From NCBI RefSeq assembly GCF_006345805.1, contig NC_043000.1, positions 154,938,001 through 155,002,000 of the forward strand: 64,000 bases of DNA, in the 5' to 3' direction. Positions 15,015 to 29,065 of this stretch are shown piece by piece. The notes beneath the pieces were generated by a model, which was not told the DNA's origin, did no database searches, and saw nothing but the letters and a program-made list of their open reading frames with translations. Each line of letters starts with the position of its first letter. Within the stretch, counting starts at the first letter, position 1. The stretch comes from Octopus sinensis. Its lineage: Eukaryota. The translations under genes and the position numbers were made by a program.

Positions 15015-15274
15015 CAAAATGGTTCTTATTCTCCAAGTTCGTATCATGATCGCTATTGTTTATATTCTAAATAAATATTTACCCAGGTTATATACTCTTT
15101 TACTTGCTTCAGTCACTGAACTGCGGCTATGCTGGAGCACACCTTGAAGGAACTTTTGTCGACTCTACTACTTATTTATCATGTCGACTCTACTACTTAT
15201 TTTTGAGTGTAGTACTTGCTAATGCCGTATTTCAAGTGGTGCCAACATAGAGGCAGTCATGTAGGCGTGCGCGA

Positions 15275-15334
<60 letters not shown>

Positions 15335-15710
15335 TACCAAAATAATAAATTGGACAATTAAATAATTGAATCATTAAATGATAAATTGAATTCAATTTTA
15401 TGATGTTATACAACCAAATGACACCTCAAGTAAATTACTGCTGTTTCTACAACATTAATAAAAACAGTTTTTCAAGAATAATAAAATACCGTTTCCTCAG
15501 ACATATCTTCTTAAATATCTTATTAAAACTAGCAATTTATATTTATATATTGATAAAATGTACGTTTATTTTATTCATGTATCTACCTATTTGTTATGAC
15601 CGTTAGTTCATAACATTGTTATATAGGTAAAAAACCCATTAAATTCTTTGGATATTTAATATTCCTTAGGTAGTTATTTAACACCTAACTAAATTTATAT
15701 ATAACAGTTG

Positions 15711-16325
15711 AGGTGGCTAGACGTAATTTAAAACCAAAACCGTAAAAGATTCACCGTCACTAAAAAGTTACTAAGAGTGCAGGGCAGCAACGGCATTGCT
15801 AGAAACAAGAGTCAAAAACTCTTTAGCCGCAAACAAAACACGGTTCTATGTATGACAAGGGAGACAATCTCCCAACAGCAAGCAAGGAATCAAATTGGTA
15901 GGCCAATTTCGTATGAAAATAATGGTCATCGGTTATGCTACTCCATTGCCGGTGGCGAAGCTGAATTCCACATGGCCGTATTTAAAGAATTTACCATAGG
16001 AATCAATGGCTGGTTCAGCAAAATGATAATATGAAATATTATATATAAAATAATTAAGGTGGCCCGACGCAATTTAAACCAAACAGGAAAACATTCACCG
16101 TCACTAAAAGTGACTATGAGTGCAGGGCAGTACCAGCATTATTAGAAACAAGAGCCAAACACTCTATATTCTCGAACAAAACACTGTTCTATGTACTGAC
16201 AAGGGAGCCGACCTCCACACAGCAAAGGACGCCATCAGATTGGCAAACCAATTTTGCATGAAAATAACACTCATCGATGATACTACTGGTGGTGAAACTG
16301 AATTCCAAATTGCGTCTAGCAACCT
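15711..16325. repeat. Diverged tandem duplication, period ~346 bp
   Basis: 15711-16040 vs 16057-16325 share ATTCACCGTCACTAAAA, GAGTGCAGGGCAG, TAGAAACAAGAG, GTTCTATGTA, TGACAAGGGAG, CTGAATTCCA. Confidence 0.9.
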
Positions 16326-16340
16326 AAATTAGTATATATA

Positions 16341-16379
<39 letters not shown>

Positions 16380-16585
16380 TAATGAAAAAGAGAAGGAAAA
16401 AAATGTACAACAAAAAATAAACAACAACGCGAGGACGTGGTACATACAAAGTATTAAAAGACGCTCATGGAAGGAAAGAAAGGTTGTTTTATGTTTCAAG
16501 CAAAGCTGTTCTTCAGAAACAGGTGACAGAGGAAAGTCCAAGAGAAAAGGAAGATAGAGGGGAAAAAATCGCCAACAATCCACAT
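16380..16585 (-). mobile_element. Penelope-like terminal-repeat fragment with decayed hammerhead
   Basis: Minus strand 16520-16486: GTTT-CTGAAGA-A-CAGC-TTT-GCTT-GAAA-CA-TA-AAAC; follows a (TA)n tract. Confidence 0.6.
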
Positions 16586-17059
16586 TTAGTTATATTTTGG
16601 GGGACACCCTCACAGTTTTCTTCTATCAATTGCACTCACAAGACATTGGTCTGCCTGGGGTTATAATCGAGAACCTTTATCCAGGGTGTCACACAGGATG
16701 ATCGCATCCGACACATCATGGTTGTAGAGTCAACTTCTTAACCTCGTAGCTATACTGAGAAAATATTTCTTCTATTTTTATAGAAGTAAATCTATTCTTT
16801 TTAATTCTTGAAACGAGCCACAACGTTGGCGGCCTTCCCACGAACGACTGCGATTAAATTTCATTGAAACAATAAAGATTCTATTTTTTTTATCATCTCA
16901 ACTGTCAGGAAAGCCAAGTTACACTTATATTTAAAATGTAAACAAATAAAACGAGTTTAACTTATATGTTATAATTTTCCGTAAACATTTAACGAAGGCC
17001 ATTTTTAAGTGATGCTTGGTTAGTCTAGAAAAGTTTCTGTCAAAATATTGGCTTCAGAT

Positions 17060-17526
17060 TTTGAATGAAGGCCAGCAATTTCGGGGGACGGCTTAAGTCG
17101 ATTACAGTACTCAACTGGTACTTATTTTAACGAAAGTATGAAAGGCAAAGTCGGCCGCGGTGGAATGTGAACTCGGAACGTAAAGACAAACGAAATTCTG
17201 CTAAGCACCTGGTGCGGTGTGCAAACGATTCTGCCAGTTCACAGCCTTACTTTCTGCCAAGAATATATAAAAATAAAAATACTGCCGATGGGAGGTATCC
17301 AAGTGTCACTCAGCCACAATATAGCTCTCTTATAGCCATTATTTTTCCGTTCTTTCTAATGCAGCGAGTTGGTAGAATAGTTGGTACGTCGGAAAAAATG
17401 CTTAGCGACATTTTGTCCGGCTCTTTATATTCTGACTTTCAAGTACTGCCGAAGTGAACTTTGCCTTTCATCCTTCGACTGACCCCTTCCTTCGAAAATT
17501 CTTGGGTTTGTGCCAAAATTTGAAAC
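17060..17526. mobile_element. Two degenerate family B SINEs, head to head (17060-17248 minus; 17362-17526 plus)
   Basis: ATGAAAGGCAAAGTCG in the first copy and its complement ACTTTGCCTTTCATCC in the second. Confidence 0.8.
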
Positions 17527-17702
17527 CATTATTGCTTTTCCATTCTTTCAGAACAGTGATAGAATACCTGAAGGCAACCGACTTTCAGTAATATTAGCAT
17601 ACGCTGCAACGATTTGAAACGCACACGCATATACATACACAATATAATGTTCGTTCCGCTGCTGCCTGGCAAGCAATAAAATATTTGTACTATCTCGCCC
17701 AA

Positions 17703-18057
<355 letters not shown>

Positions 18058-18540
18058 CTTTACTGGTTGAAAGATTAGGTGAAGGCCTATCGTTGACTTA
18101 ATTTAGAGTACAAATATGTTGGAGACGCATGAAAGAGGGACTAGATATGAATTAAATAAATGATTTGCTAAGTCACCGAGTTTCAATTCGTCTACGTTCA
18201 ATGAATGACGAGAGGAAATGAAAATGTTACGTAACACTTAATGGGCTATTGGGTCAGAAGCGAAGAATTCATCTTCATGCAGTGTGTAAAAACCAAGTCA
18301 GCATGGCAGAATGTTTCCTTCTCCAGGCTATTAACTACAGCCAGATATAGCAGCTAGAAGGAGTGCGTGAAACGGATCGGTTCAACAGAGAATCAAACAT
18401 GTTTTTCACCGTATCTGTTCGCATGGAACTTGGGTATAAATATACAGTTACAATAAAATGTAATATCCACCTCCATATTCATCTCAGAAAACCTGATTCC
18501 AATCGAGAAATACACTGAATAAACACAGATCATCACATGC

Positions 18541-18794
18541 GAGGGACCGCGGGTTCGAATCTCAGACCGGGCGATGTGTGTGTTTATGAGCGAAACACCT
18601 AAGCTCCACGAGGCTCCGGCACAAGGTATTGGCGAACTTCTACTGACTCTTTCGCCACAACTTTCTCCCACTCTTTCCTCCTGCATATTGCAGCTCACCT
18701 GCGACGGACCGGCGTCCTGTCCAGGTGGGGAACCTATACGCCAGGGAAACCGGGAAACCGGCCCTTATGAGCCAGGCATGGCTCGAGAAGGAAC
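18541..18794 (+). mobile_element. SINE H1+T1, 5'-truncated
   Basis: B box GGTTCGAATC, then a near-identical match to the 32200-32492 copy. Confidence 0.92.
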
Positions 18795-19061
18795 AACTCT
18801 GGTCCATGCAACCACCCAGCCAAAATGATCCATCCATCCGTCCGTCCGTCCGTCCGTCCATCCGTACGTACATATACACATAGGCATACATATATGCTAG
18901 CAATTTATCAGTGATTATAATAGCTGCCGCTATCATATGTGGGTGTATCTATGCGCACACGAAGAGCTTCCAGACAATTTCAGCTCATTAAATTCCGTTT
19001 ACAATGTATGTACATACACTCGTAAACCACACAACACATATCTTTTAATCATTAACATATA

Positions 19062-19455
19062 GGCGCAGGAGTGGCTGTGTGGTAAGTAGCTTGCTTACCA
19101 ACCACATGGTTCCGGGTTCAGTCCCACTGCGTGGCATCTTGGGCATCGGGCCGACCAATGCCTTGTGAGTGGATTTGGTAGACGGAAACTGAAAGAAGCC
19201 TGTCGGATATATGTATGTATATATATATGTATGTGTGTGTATATGTTTGTGTGTCTGTGTTTGCTCCCTAGCATTGCTTGACAACCGATGCTGGTGTGTT
19301 TACGTCCCCGTCACTTAGCGGTTCGGCAAAAGAGACTGATATAATAAGTACTGGGCTTACAAAAGAATAAGTCCCGGGGTCGAGTTGCTCGACTAAAGGC
19401 GGTGCTCCAGCATGGCCGCGGTTAAATGACTGAAACAAGTAAAAGAGTAAAAGAG
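19062..19455 (+). mobile_element. Family A tRNA-derived SINE with internal TA/TG microsatellite
   Basis: GGCGCAGGAGTGGCTGTGTGGTAAG (A box), GGTTCAGTCCC (B box), tail (GTAAAAGA)n; short internal deletion. Confidence 0.95.
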
Positions 19456-20390
19456 ATATGTGATGGTATTACTTGGTGTTCAATCAAAAAGCTAGATAAT
19501 TTGAGGGTTTAAGATAACGAAACAGGACATCTAACACGTATTCTGTAAGCAGATCAGAATTTGCAAGCGGAACAGTAGTATTATGTAAGACGTTTCGAAA
19601 GTTTCGCTAGTATCATGAAACGTTGTTGATTTCTAAATAGTAATTATTAAGCTTTGTTTCTTTGGTTGAAAGAAAACGTCTTCATCCATCCATCCATTTA
19701 TCCATTAGCATATCTTAAGTATTAAGACATCATGTACTTTGTAAGAGAAATATACGTTTGCTTTTATAAGACAAATATTTTTAAACGATAGTGAGCTATG
19801 TTTATTCAGATAATCTAGAAAATGTGATATAGATAGAAATAATGTATAAATATAAATAGCATCAACGATCACACGCATGTATAAAAGCATACTTACGCAC
19901 ATGCACACTGAGAAGCATACACATATCTAATGTTTATTTACAATAGTGAAGTGAGAGATAAGCATGCAGAAGTTTTACTGATAATTCCAGTGATCACAAG
20001 GATATTTGAAATATGTACAAAGATGAAGATGACAAACTCTACAGTGTGATAGATGAATTAAAGTGCAGTACTATAAATTTCTACTATTTCTACTACTCAA
20101 TTTTTTAATATAAAAATTAATGAATAATAGCATAATTTCAAATTGCTTTACTGCAGTTTTGGTCAAAGGAATGACAAGGGAGTATCGGTAACTTGGTGCA
20201 AGTCATATATCGCGAAGGACTCTGCCTAAGGGTAACGGTTTTTCAGGTTTCTTGCCGATCATCAGTTTTTGTTGATGGCTGTGTTTGTATTCGTCGATGA
20301 AAGGCGGATGAACGCATATACGCAGAAGCGTACACAGATGTACACACAGTACAAGCCGCTTATTGTGGTCACTTCGGAACGAATTATTTT

Positions 20391-20709
20391 GTGGAAGTGC
20401 ATGGCCTAGTAGTTAGAGCAGCGGACTCGCGGTCGAGGGATCGCGGGTTCGAATCTCAGACCGGGCGATGTGTGTATCTATGAGCGAAACACCTAAGCTC
20501 CACGCAGCTCCGGCAGAAGGTAATGGTGATCTTCTGCTGACTCTTTCACCACATCTTTCTCTCTCGCTCTCTTTCCTCCTGTATCTTGCAGCTCACCTGC
20601 GACCGACGGACCGGCGTCCCGTCTAGGTGAGGAACCTATACGCCAAGGAAACCGGGAAACCGGCACTAATGAACCAGGCATGGCTCGAGAATGCACAAAC
20701 AAAAAAACC
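20391..20709 (+). mobile_element. SINE H1+T1, full length
   Basis: TGGCCTAGTAGTTAG and GGTTCGAATC boxes; TSD AATTATTTT at 20382-20390 and 20710-20718. Confidence 0.93.
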
Positions 20710-21435
20710 AATTATTTTAGATATAAATAAGAGTCTGATAACACTTAAACGATGACATCAACGAGTGATGCTTCATTAGAGAACAGCGGTCATCATCATT
20801 TGATATGCATTTGTACAACCCGTAAATCACAAATGAATTTGTACTAACGTCGGATGCAAAGTGACTATCTTAAGGCAGCCTTCGATAAGACTGAAACTTT
20901 TATTGTGCAATTATTGTAGTTTGTTTTACTTATACAAAGTGAAAATAAGTATAAAAATTACCGTTAAGAAAAAGTGACATTTCTTTGCTTTTGCTCGTTT
21001 GGCAAACACATTCATGCAATTCTTTCCCGCCGTTTAAGGGTTAATCAAGGGATATAACAATATTTTAGAAATGTTTGAGATTCACTCATTTGGTAACAAA
21101 ATCCGGTTGATAAATTTATCCGTGATTATACGAACGACCAATACCACACCATGCGCTTCCTTACAATTTCTATTGATCAAATACCATTTGCAAGGAAGTG
21201 GTAAACCCAAGGCTAAGAAAGGAGACACTAGCCCGAAAGTGACACAGAGTGGAATCGAATTGAACCCAGAACAAAATGGTTACGAAACGAAATTCTTAAC
21301 CACACATCCAATGTATGGTTTCAAATTCGTTTGAAGTAGCGAGAGATGTTGTGGAGTTGCCAATACCATTCCTGGTTAAATGAATATCATATACCTAAAA
21401 TAGTTACGTCTTTGTATGATCAATAGTGACTTTGC

Positions 21436-21735
21436 TTCATCATCATCATCATCTTTATCATTATCAGCATCATCATCATCACCACCACCACCACCACCAT
21501 CACCGTCATCATCATCATCATCAACGTCGCCACAACCATCACCATCACGACTCCCACCACTTTCATCACCACCACGACCACCATCATAATCTCGTTTTTG
21601 TTATCATCATCATCATCATCATCGACACCACCACCACCACCACCACCACCACCACCGACACCGTCATTGTCGTCGTGGTCATCATCATCATCATCATCAT
21701 CATCGTAGTCATCGTCGCTGCCACTACCATCAACT
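21436..21735. repeat. Degenerate (CAT/CAC)n array
   Basis: Read directly; the poly-His ORF is an artefact. Confidence 0.93.
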
Positions 21736-21896
21736 TGGCTTCATGTATTCTTTGTTAAATATTCCTGCCGCAGATGTACGATCTCATTAAAGACGACATG
21801 ATTTGAAAACACGAGAATGAGGTAGCAGTACGAAAATAACAAAACTAAAATAAAAATATACTGTCTATAATTTTGTCTTCTATTTTCAGCAGTAGT

Positions 21897-21958
<62 letters not shown>

Positions 21959-22468
21959 GAGAGAGAGAAAGACAACGAATAGACATCAGCAGCATATTTT
22001 ATTTATTATTTATCGTAGAACCATCAAAGAAACCGGCCTTGCACTTCTCTGATGATTTCCAAACCAGCAGAATCGCTGCTTCACTGTTTATTATTTATTT
22101 ATTTATCAGCCTCTTTCAATGATGTAATGCACTAAATCAATAAATTAATTTCCGTCCAAATTTAAGCTAAACAGGATTCTTTTGTTGAGACATGTCAAAG
22201 AAAGCTAAAGACGAAGAATGCCGGCAGCAAACAACATCAGATACATGAATTCGTATATAAAGTGCTTGCAACCCCTATATTTGTATATATATGTAAATAT
22301 CAATTGTGTATACAATACTATATTATAATCCCATTTCACCCGACCTTTCAATGGGCTTTGGGCACGAAGAAAAAAAACAACTCAACACTCATCAGAGCTG
22401 ATCGTAAAAGTATGACAAATTTCTTTGCCAGTGGAGGTCGGAAAGTGACATAAAAGCTAACATTAATA

Positions 22469-22524
<56 letters not shown>

Positions 22525-22526
22525 AC

Positions 22527-22581
<55 letters not shown>

Positions 22582-22601
22582 ACTGTCAGAATGTTGTAAA
22601 C

Positions 22602-22644
22602 GACTCTGATGAGAAACCAGTAAGGTTCGAAAATCGATTAAGGC
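22602..22644 (+). ncRNA. Candidate minimal hammerhead (partly decayed) in a Penelope-like fragment 22580-22710
   Basis: GACT-CTGATGA-GAAACC-AGTAA-GGTTC-GAAA-ATCGAT-TA-AGGC. Intact boxes and palindromic stem III; one mismatch in stem I. Directly after (TA)n. Confidence 0.55.
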
Positions 22645-22720
22645 TCTTCATCATTTTTTCAGTTTGCGGAGAAATAGCTAAAATTTGCCCGGCTAATAAT
22701 TATACCATATGTTACACACA

Positions 22721-22801
<81 letters not shown>

Positions 22802-22828
22802 TGCATTAATATATATATATACATATAT

Positions 22829-22957
22829 ACGACGGGCTTCTTTGGTCGGCCCGTGGCTATAGCAGAAGACACTTGCCCAAGATACCACGCAGTGGGACTG
22901 AACCCGGAACCATGTGGTTGGTAAACAAGCTACTTACCACACAGCCACTCCTGCGCC
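22829..22957 (-). mobile_element. Family A SINE, left half only, internal deletion
   Basis: Matches the family A head (CCACACAGCCACTCCTGCGCC on the plus strand). Confidence 0.92.
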
Positions 22958-23666
22958 TCATATATATATATAGATATATATATATATTATATATATATAT
23001 ATATATAAAATAATATGACAAAAGGGAAACCTTTGTTGCAGCGCATTTAATTAGTGCTCAATATGAACAAAATATAACAAAACTCAAAGTGGATGACAGA
23101 TTTTCGTAGGTCAAGTTCCTTTATCATGGGAATACAAAATACATACGAAATTCATTAAGAAGTTATGTTTCAAGCGCTCCAATATTACAATCCAAACAAA
23201 ATCAGTATTCCAAAACCTTACGATAGTTTCGATCGTTATAAATATATATATATATATGCATGTACGTATATATATGGATGCATAGATACGTTTATACATA
23301 CATGTCACAAGGGAATTAAAACGTCTCACACAGTTGCCATTATACCTGTGTGACTGAAATCGTCAAATTGAAAACTAAATATTCTGTAATGTATAATATA
23401 ATACTAATTACACCCGCTTGCGCACCACATGCAAACAAATTCATAAACGTAGCGTATTTCGTAGTTTATCAAAACCCTCCTCTGAATTTAATTATTGTGT
23501 GATTCTGAAAATAGGGCACTTTGAAATTTAAAAGTGTCGATTGGTTCGAATGGTTATAAAAGTCGTTGTAATATCAACGAATATGAAAATGTATAACGCC
23601 CCTTTACTGGTCACTGTATTACTTGGAAATGAAGGTCAAGTATTCATATTCATTTAAATATCATAT

Positions 23667-23712
<46 letters not shown>

Positions 23713-24165
23713 ATATTATATTTTTATATATATAAAATATTTTATATATATTTACGTACATATATATATATACATACAAGTTCAATTTTATTCCTGTAAT
23801 TATTGCGCCTAAATACCAGTCTTGAGAAATTAGGCTTCTCAAAACCAGAAAGGAGAAAGCTAATTCGAAGTCTACAGATCCAATCCATCACTGGAACAGT
23901 AAAAGTCTGTAAAACTTTCCAGAAGTTTATCATTTAAATATATATGGGCATGCCTAGATATTCAACTATATGAATGACAATAACCTAACGTTGATGTTGA
24001 AATTCCAATGATGGGGCCTTGAATCTAGTTTAGAAACCTGCTTTTTTCCTGTTTGCAAGAAATCTTGAAATAAAACTGAACAATGACATACATATATGTA
24101 TACATATATACATACATACATACATACATACACACAAACACACGCACACATATAAATAAAAAATA

Positions 24166-24398
24166 TGCGCCATTTTAAAGCCTAGCCAGGCTTATGGGCC
24201 CTGTTTCCCGGTTTCTATTGCGTATGTGTTCCCCAGCTGGACGGGACGCCAGTCCATCGCAGCGTTACTCATTTTTGCCAGCTGAGTGGACTGGAGCAAC
24301 GTAAAATGAAGTGTTTTGCTCAAGAACACAACGCGTCGCCCGGTCCAGGAATCGAAACCACAATCTTACGATCATGATGCCGACACCTCAACCACTAG
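24166..24398 (-). mobile_element. SINE: CORE-like head H2 + tail T1
   Basis: Minus strand GTTGTGTTCTTGAGCAAAACACTT...TGCTCCAGTCCACTCAGCTG, then CTGCGATGGACTGGCGTCCCGTCCAG...GAAACCGGGAAAC. Confidence 0.9.
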
Positions 24399-24586
24399 TC
24401 CGGTTTCACATATATATATGGGAACATATATATATATGAAGAGAGTTATAGGTGGGGAAAGATGCTGAGAGATACAGACAGATAAATATGTAGCTAAGAG
24501 AAAAATTAACGACAGGTGTCAGAGTAAATGTAAGATAGAAATAATCCGAAAAGCGAAAGATATACACTCATACTCAAGACATATAC

Positions 24587-24818
24587 TTATTTCTTTACTA
24601 CCCACAAGGGGCTAAACATAGAAGGGACAAACAAGGACAGACAAAGGGATTAAGTCGATTACATCGACCCCAGTGCGTAACTGGTACTTAATTTATCGAC
24701 CCCGAAAGATGAAAGGCAAAGTCGACCTTGGCGGAATTTGAACTCACAACGTAACGGCAGACGAAATACCGCTAAGCATTTCGCCCGGCGTGCTAACGTT
24801 TCTGTCAGCTCGCCGCCT
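24587..24818 (-). mobile_element. Family B SINE (Meta/MESC-like central domain), full length
   Basis: GGCGGCGAGCTG head, GAGTTCAAATTCC B box, GACTTTGCCTTTCATC(C)TTTCGGGGTCGATAAATTAAGTACCAG body. Domain name is recalled, not searched. Confidence 0.92.
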
Positions 24819-25264
24819 TCATTTTCAAGGCATATACCAGCACATATACATATGCACGTGTGAATGAGTGTGTGTGTGTGTGTGTGTGTGTGTGCGCCAG
24901 TTCGAAAATAAGAGAGGGAGAGAGGGGGGAAGGAAAAAAGGGACGGCGAGGGAGAGAAAGGTTGAGAAAAAGATAGTGAGCAGGAAAAGCAAAGCTTCAA
25001 GCCAATGGAACCGCAATAAGCACTTTCGACGCCGAATTTATTATGGATCTTCGTTTATACGGATAATTAAGAAGTACTGGAGCGTAATTTATTCCTGTGT
25101 AACTAGTTGACTGGTTAATAGACTGTTTTTTTCGTACGGTCTTGAAAATATAAATAGCCTATGAATCTTTCGTTCACTTTTCAATCTCATTCCTATTCAT
25201 ATTTTTGTTTCCATGTCTTACAACTGACCGTGAAATGGAAAATTATATTACTTATGACAATTAT

Positions 25265-26110
25265 TTCTACTAGAGGCACAAGCCTGAAATTCAAGCCTAA
25301 GGGATTAATCCATTACATTGACCCCACTGCATAAGTGGTACTTATTTGATCGACCCCAAAAAGATGAAAGGCAAGGTCGACTTCGGTGGAATTTGAACTC
25401 AGAACGTAAAGAAAGTCGAAATGTTATTAGTATTTTGTTCGATGCGCTTATGATTCTTTCTACTATTGGCACAAAGACAGAAGTATGGGGGTGGGGGTGG
25501 CAAGACGATTAGATCGACCCCCAAGGTTCAACTGGTAACTATTTTATCGACCCCGATATCGGCCTCAGCGGAATTTGAACTCAGAACCTAAAGACGGACG
25601 AAAATGTTGCTAAGCATTTTGGTCCAGTGTGCTAGCAGTTCTACCAGTTTACTACCTTATTCTGGAATAATAATTTTCAAATATTGGCACAAGGCCAGCA
25701 ATTTCGGCGGAAGGACAAATCGATTAGATCGACCCTAGAACTCATCAGGTACTTATTTTATCGACCCCAAAAAGGATAAAAGGTAAAGTCGGCAGAACGC
25801 GAAGCCGGACAAAATACTGCTAAGCATTTCACCCGGCGTGCCAACGATTCTGCCAGCTCACCGTTTTATTCTTGAATAATAATAATTCTTTCAAATTTTA
25901 GCATGAAGCCAATAATTATGAGGTTAGTGGGTGGGTGTGGGGTTGTAAGTCGATTACTGGTACAGTGGCTTAAGGTCCACTACAGTGGTTAAATGCAAGT
26001 GCTTGCTCCGGAAGAATGGGTGGTAAAGTCAAACCTGTCAGGATTCGAGTTATTAACACAAAGGGAAGCAACTAAATTCTAAAAAGTATTTTGTTTTAGC
26101 GTTCTACCGG
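25265..26110 (-). mobile_element. Head-to-tail array of four diverged family B SINEs
   Basis: GGCACAA...GATTA(C/G)AT...CTGGTAC...TCGACCCC...GAATTTGAACTCAGAAC modules recur at ~200 bp spacing; the fourth copy is heavily decayed. Confidence 0.85.
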
Positions 26111-26799
26111 TTCTACACCCTCCACATCCCCAGTTGATGTGTTAGAATAGGAGTAGGTCGTGGAGATATATGAGCAGGAAAAAAATCCTTTCTTTGTGAG
26201 GAGAGATCTATTTTAGAATATATATTATTTTGATTTGAATGATGCAGATTTAAACGCTAAATTTAACGAATATTTACGTGGTAAATATAAGGTATTGCTT
26301 ATGATTTTCTTCTTCTGTCCACAACCGATTCTACCCGCAATTTTTGCGAGAAATTCACGTATCTGTTTTTTATAATTAACGAAGAGACACGTTCGTTTTG
26401 TACCGGAAATATGATTGCCTCAAACGTGGTCAAAAGTGCGATTACCAAACGTGTTCCGTCGCTAAATTGATTTTCCTTTACCAATATCCATAGTGTAAAG
26501 CTAAATGAATTCTTTTCTTTAGCTCTTGGCGAATCGGATCCAGCAGATCAATATTTAAAGGCATTCTAATCCTGACCATCACAACTTATTTATATGGACA
26601 GTGTATCTAAGACCACTCTATACATAATGTCATGCGTTTTTGAAGAGGGTAAAGAATAATTTGAGGAAGATTTGCTTGCTATTTCTACAATATCAGGCGA
26701 CCACATAGTCTTCTGTCTTGGATCGAGGCAAATTATATTTTAACATATGTCAAGAAAAATCTATATCCATTTTCTGTCTACCTATCATTCAATCACACA

Positions 26800-26848
<49 letters not shown>

Positions 26849-27453
26849 GACACACATACATAGATGCGTACGTACGTACACACATACGTAGTACATACAT
26901 GCTTACATCCATACATGCATACAGATATAGTTATATAATTTGCTAGCTTTTCTGAGTGTACTCTTGTTGTTTTGCTGTTTCAATACATTCTTCAGATTCG
27001 GTGGAATTGGTAGAGCGCTGAAGTATATAGTGCTCGAAGTATTAAATTCCGATTTGCTAAGTTTTGAACCCGAATATAGGCAGTATTTGACTTTCTTATA
27101 TATAATTTCAGAGCGAAGGGACTAAGTACTAGAAACATACAATCGACAAATACTCCATCTCCGCTGTACCAAATTTTGTCTTAAACGTAATCCGAGGAAA
27201 ATCATCATATTATAATCTTTCTTTCCTCCTCCTTTCTCTTCTCTCATTCTCTTTCTTACCATTTTATTCTCTCTTTTCTTCCGTCTTTCTCTGTAGAGAG
27301 AGAGAGAGAGAGTAATAAAAAGCACGCACGCATAACATACGCAAGTATTCATACACACGGTGAGGTGGAAACAGATACACAGACACAGATAATAATATAC
27401 AAATCATTGTACGTAGCAGTTCTTCATATTTTACTCAAAGCATCCACATATTA

Positions 27454-27493
27454 ATAAATATTATATAACAACAACAACAACAACAGCAGCAGC

Positions 27494-27524
<31 letters not shown>

Positions 27525-27744
27525 TAATATAATAATAATATAATAATAATAATAATAATGATGATGATGATGATGATAATAAAATGGAGAACGATATATG
27601 GAAGTGGGGAAAACTGCTTCTGCCGTCTGCGGACAGAATTATAATTTCTGACTGTTGGTCGATGGGTGTACGTTGAGAGCACTGACATCACATTTTCTAA
27701 CAGACGTTTGGAAAAATACGAATAGCACCAGCACCAGCGACAGC

Positions 27745-27778
<34 letters not shown>

Positions 27779-27903
27779 GTCTAAGCGGCTAGTTGCATTT
27801 CCATTGCATTCATTATCATCGTCATCCTCATCATCACCATCATCACTATCATTACCATCATCATAATCATCATAATCCTCTCCCTCCTCCTCCTCCTCCT
27901 CAT

Positions 27904-27944
<41 letters not shown>

Positions 27945-28260
27945 CCACCACCACCACCACCACCACCACCGCCACCACCACCACTGCCACCAACACCACT
28001 GCCACCACCACCACCACTGCCACCAACACCACCACCACCACCACCACCACCACCACTGCCACCAACACCATTTTCATTTATACCTCTATTACTTAAATCT
28101 ACACCACCACCACCACCACCACCATTATAATTAGCATTCCCATAATCAACACACCACCATAATCAGTATCACGAGTCAAGACGACTACCACCGCCACCGC
28201 TGCCGCCACCACTACCACCAGCACCATCACAACAACAACAACATCACCAATACTCATAGT
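27454..28260. repeat. Mixed trinucleotide arrays (AAC/ATA/ATG/CAG/CAT/CAC) around short unique islands
   Basis: Read directly. Confidence 0.92.
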
Positions 28261-28683
28261 ACTAGCAGCAAAATGTATTAATATTTTTAAAGTCTAAAGG
28301 TGGCGAAAGACGAAAGAGAAACAGGCGCAAACGAATGGAGAGAGTTAGCTGCATGCAAGAAGCGGTCAGGATCTTCAGCATTTAGTTTCGGCGCTGGAGA
28401 TTCTGATTTCGAATCCTTCCAGCGTTTTTTTTTTTTTTTTTTCTATTTTACTCCTACCAGGATTGATGAAAAAAAACATTACTGCTACATCAGCAGAAAT
28501 TCAATCGATTCTATCCCTACCAGTAGTATTTCACAGAGATCGATTAGGTTCGATTATTCTTCTGAAACACCTGACTTTGTCGTAAGCATTGTTGTAGATA
28601 GTGTAAGAGTTAATCTTGTAATATTTTGAAATTGTCATTCGGTTCAGTTGTTGAGAGAAAGAAAGAAAGAAAGAGAGAGAGAA

Positions 28684-28731
<48 letters not shown>

Positions 28732-28847
28732 CAGGGGATGAACAGACAGACAAACTTAAAATTACTTACACCTCAAAGGTGTTAACTCGACAACTCTAAT
28801 ACTTAAAAACTGCTTTTGTCTTCAATTATTAATATTATTTACTTACA

Positions 28848-29065
28848 AGGCGACGAGCTGGAAGAATCGTTAACACGTCGGATAAGTTACTAAAGCGGAA
28901 TTTCGTCTGTCTTTATTTTCTTAGTTCAAATTTCATCAATGTCGATTCTCCCCTTTTATCCTGCCGGAGTCTATTAAATAAGCACTATTAGAGCACTAGT
29001 GTGGATATAATCGACTAACCCATTCTCTCTAAAATGTCAGGCTTTGTGCCTGGAGTAAAAGGGAT
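28848..29065 (+). mobile_element. Degenerate family B SINE (similar decayed copies at 29875-30065 and 31490-31728)
   Basis: GGCGACGAGCTGGAAGAATCGTTA head and GGCTTTGTGCC tail. Confidence 0.8.

Noticed and set aside
15771-15826. Hairpin plus GAAAC-AAGA-GTC in the tandem dimer
   Set aside because: No CUGANGA box, and GTC is not conserved in the second copy.
20391-20470. tRNA gene-like sequence
   Set aside because: It is a SINE head: it continues into body and tail, has TSDs and lacks a proper acceptor stem.
21030-21045. piggyBac-like end AAGGG-TTAA (also ~41940)
   Set aside because: No matching second terminus found.
27781-28134. His/Gln/Pro-rich ORF resembling a transcription-factor exon
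   Set aside because: Pure triplet repeat, bounded by stops, with no adjacent folded domain.
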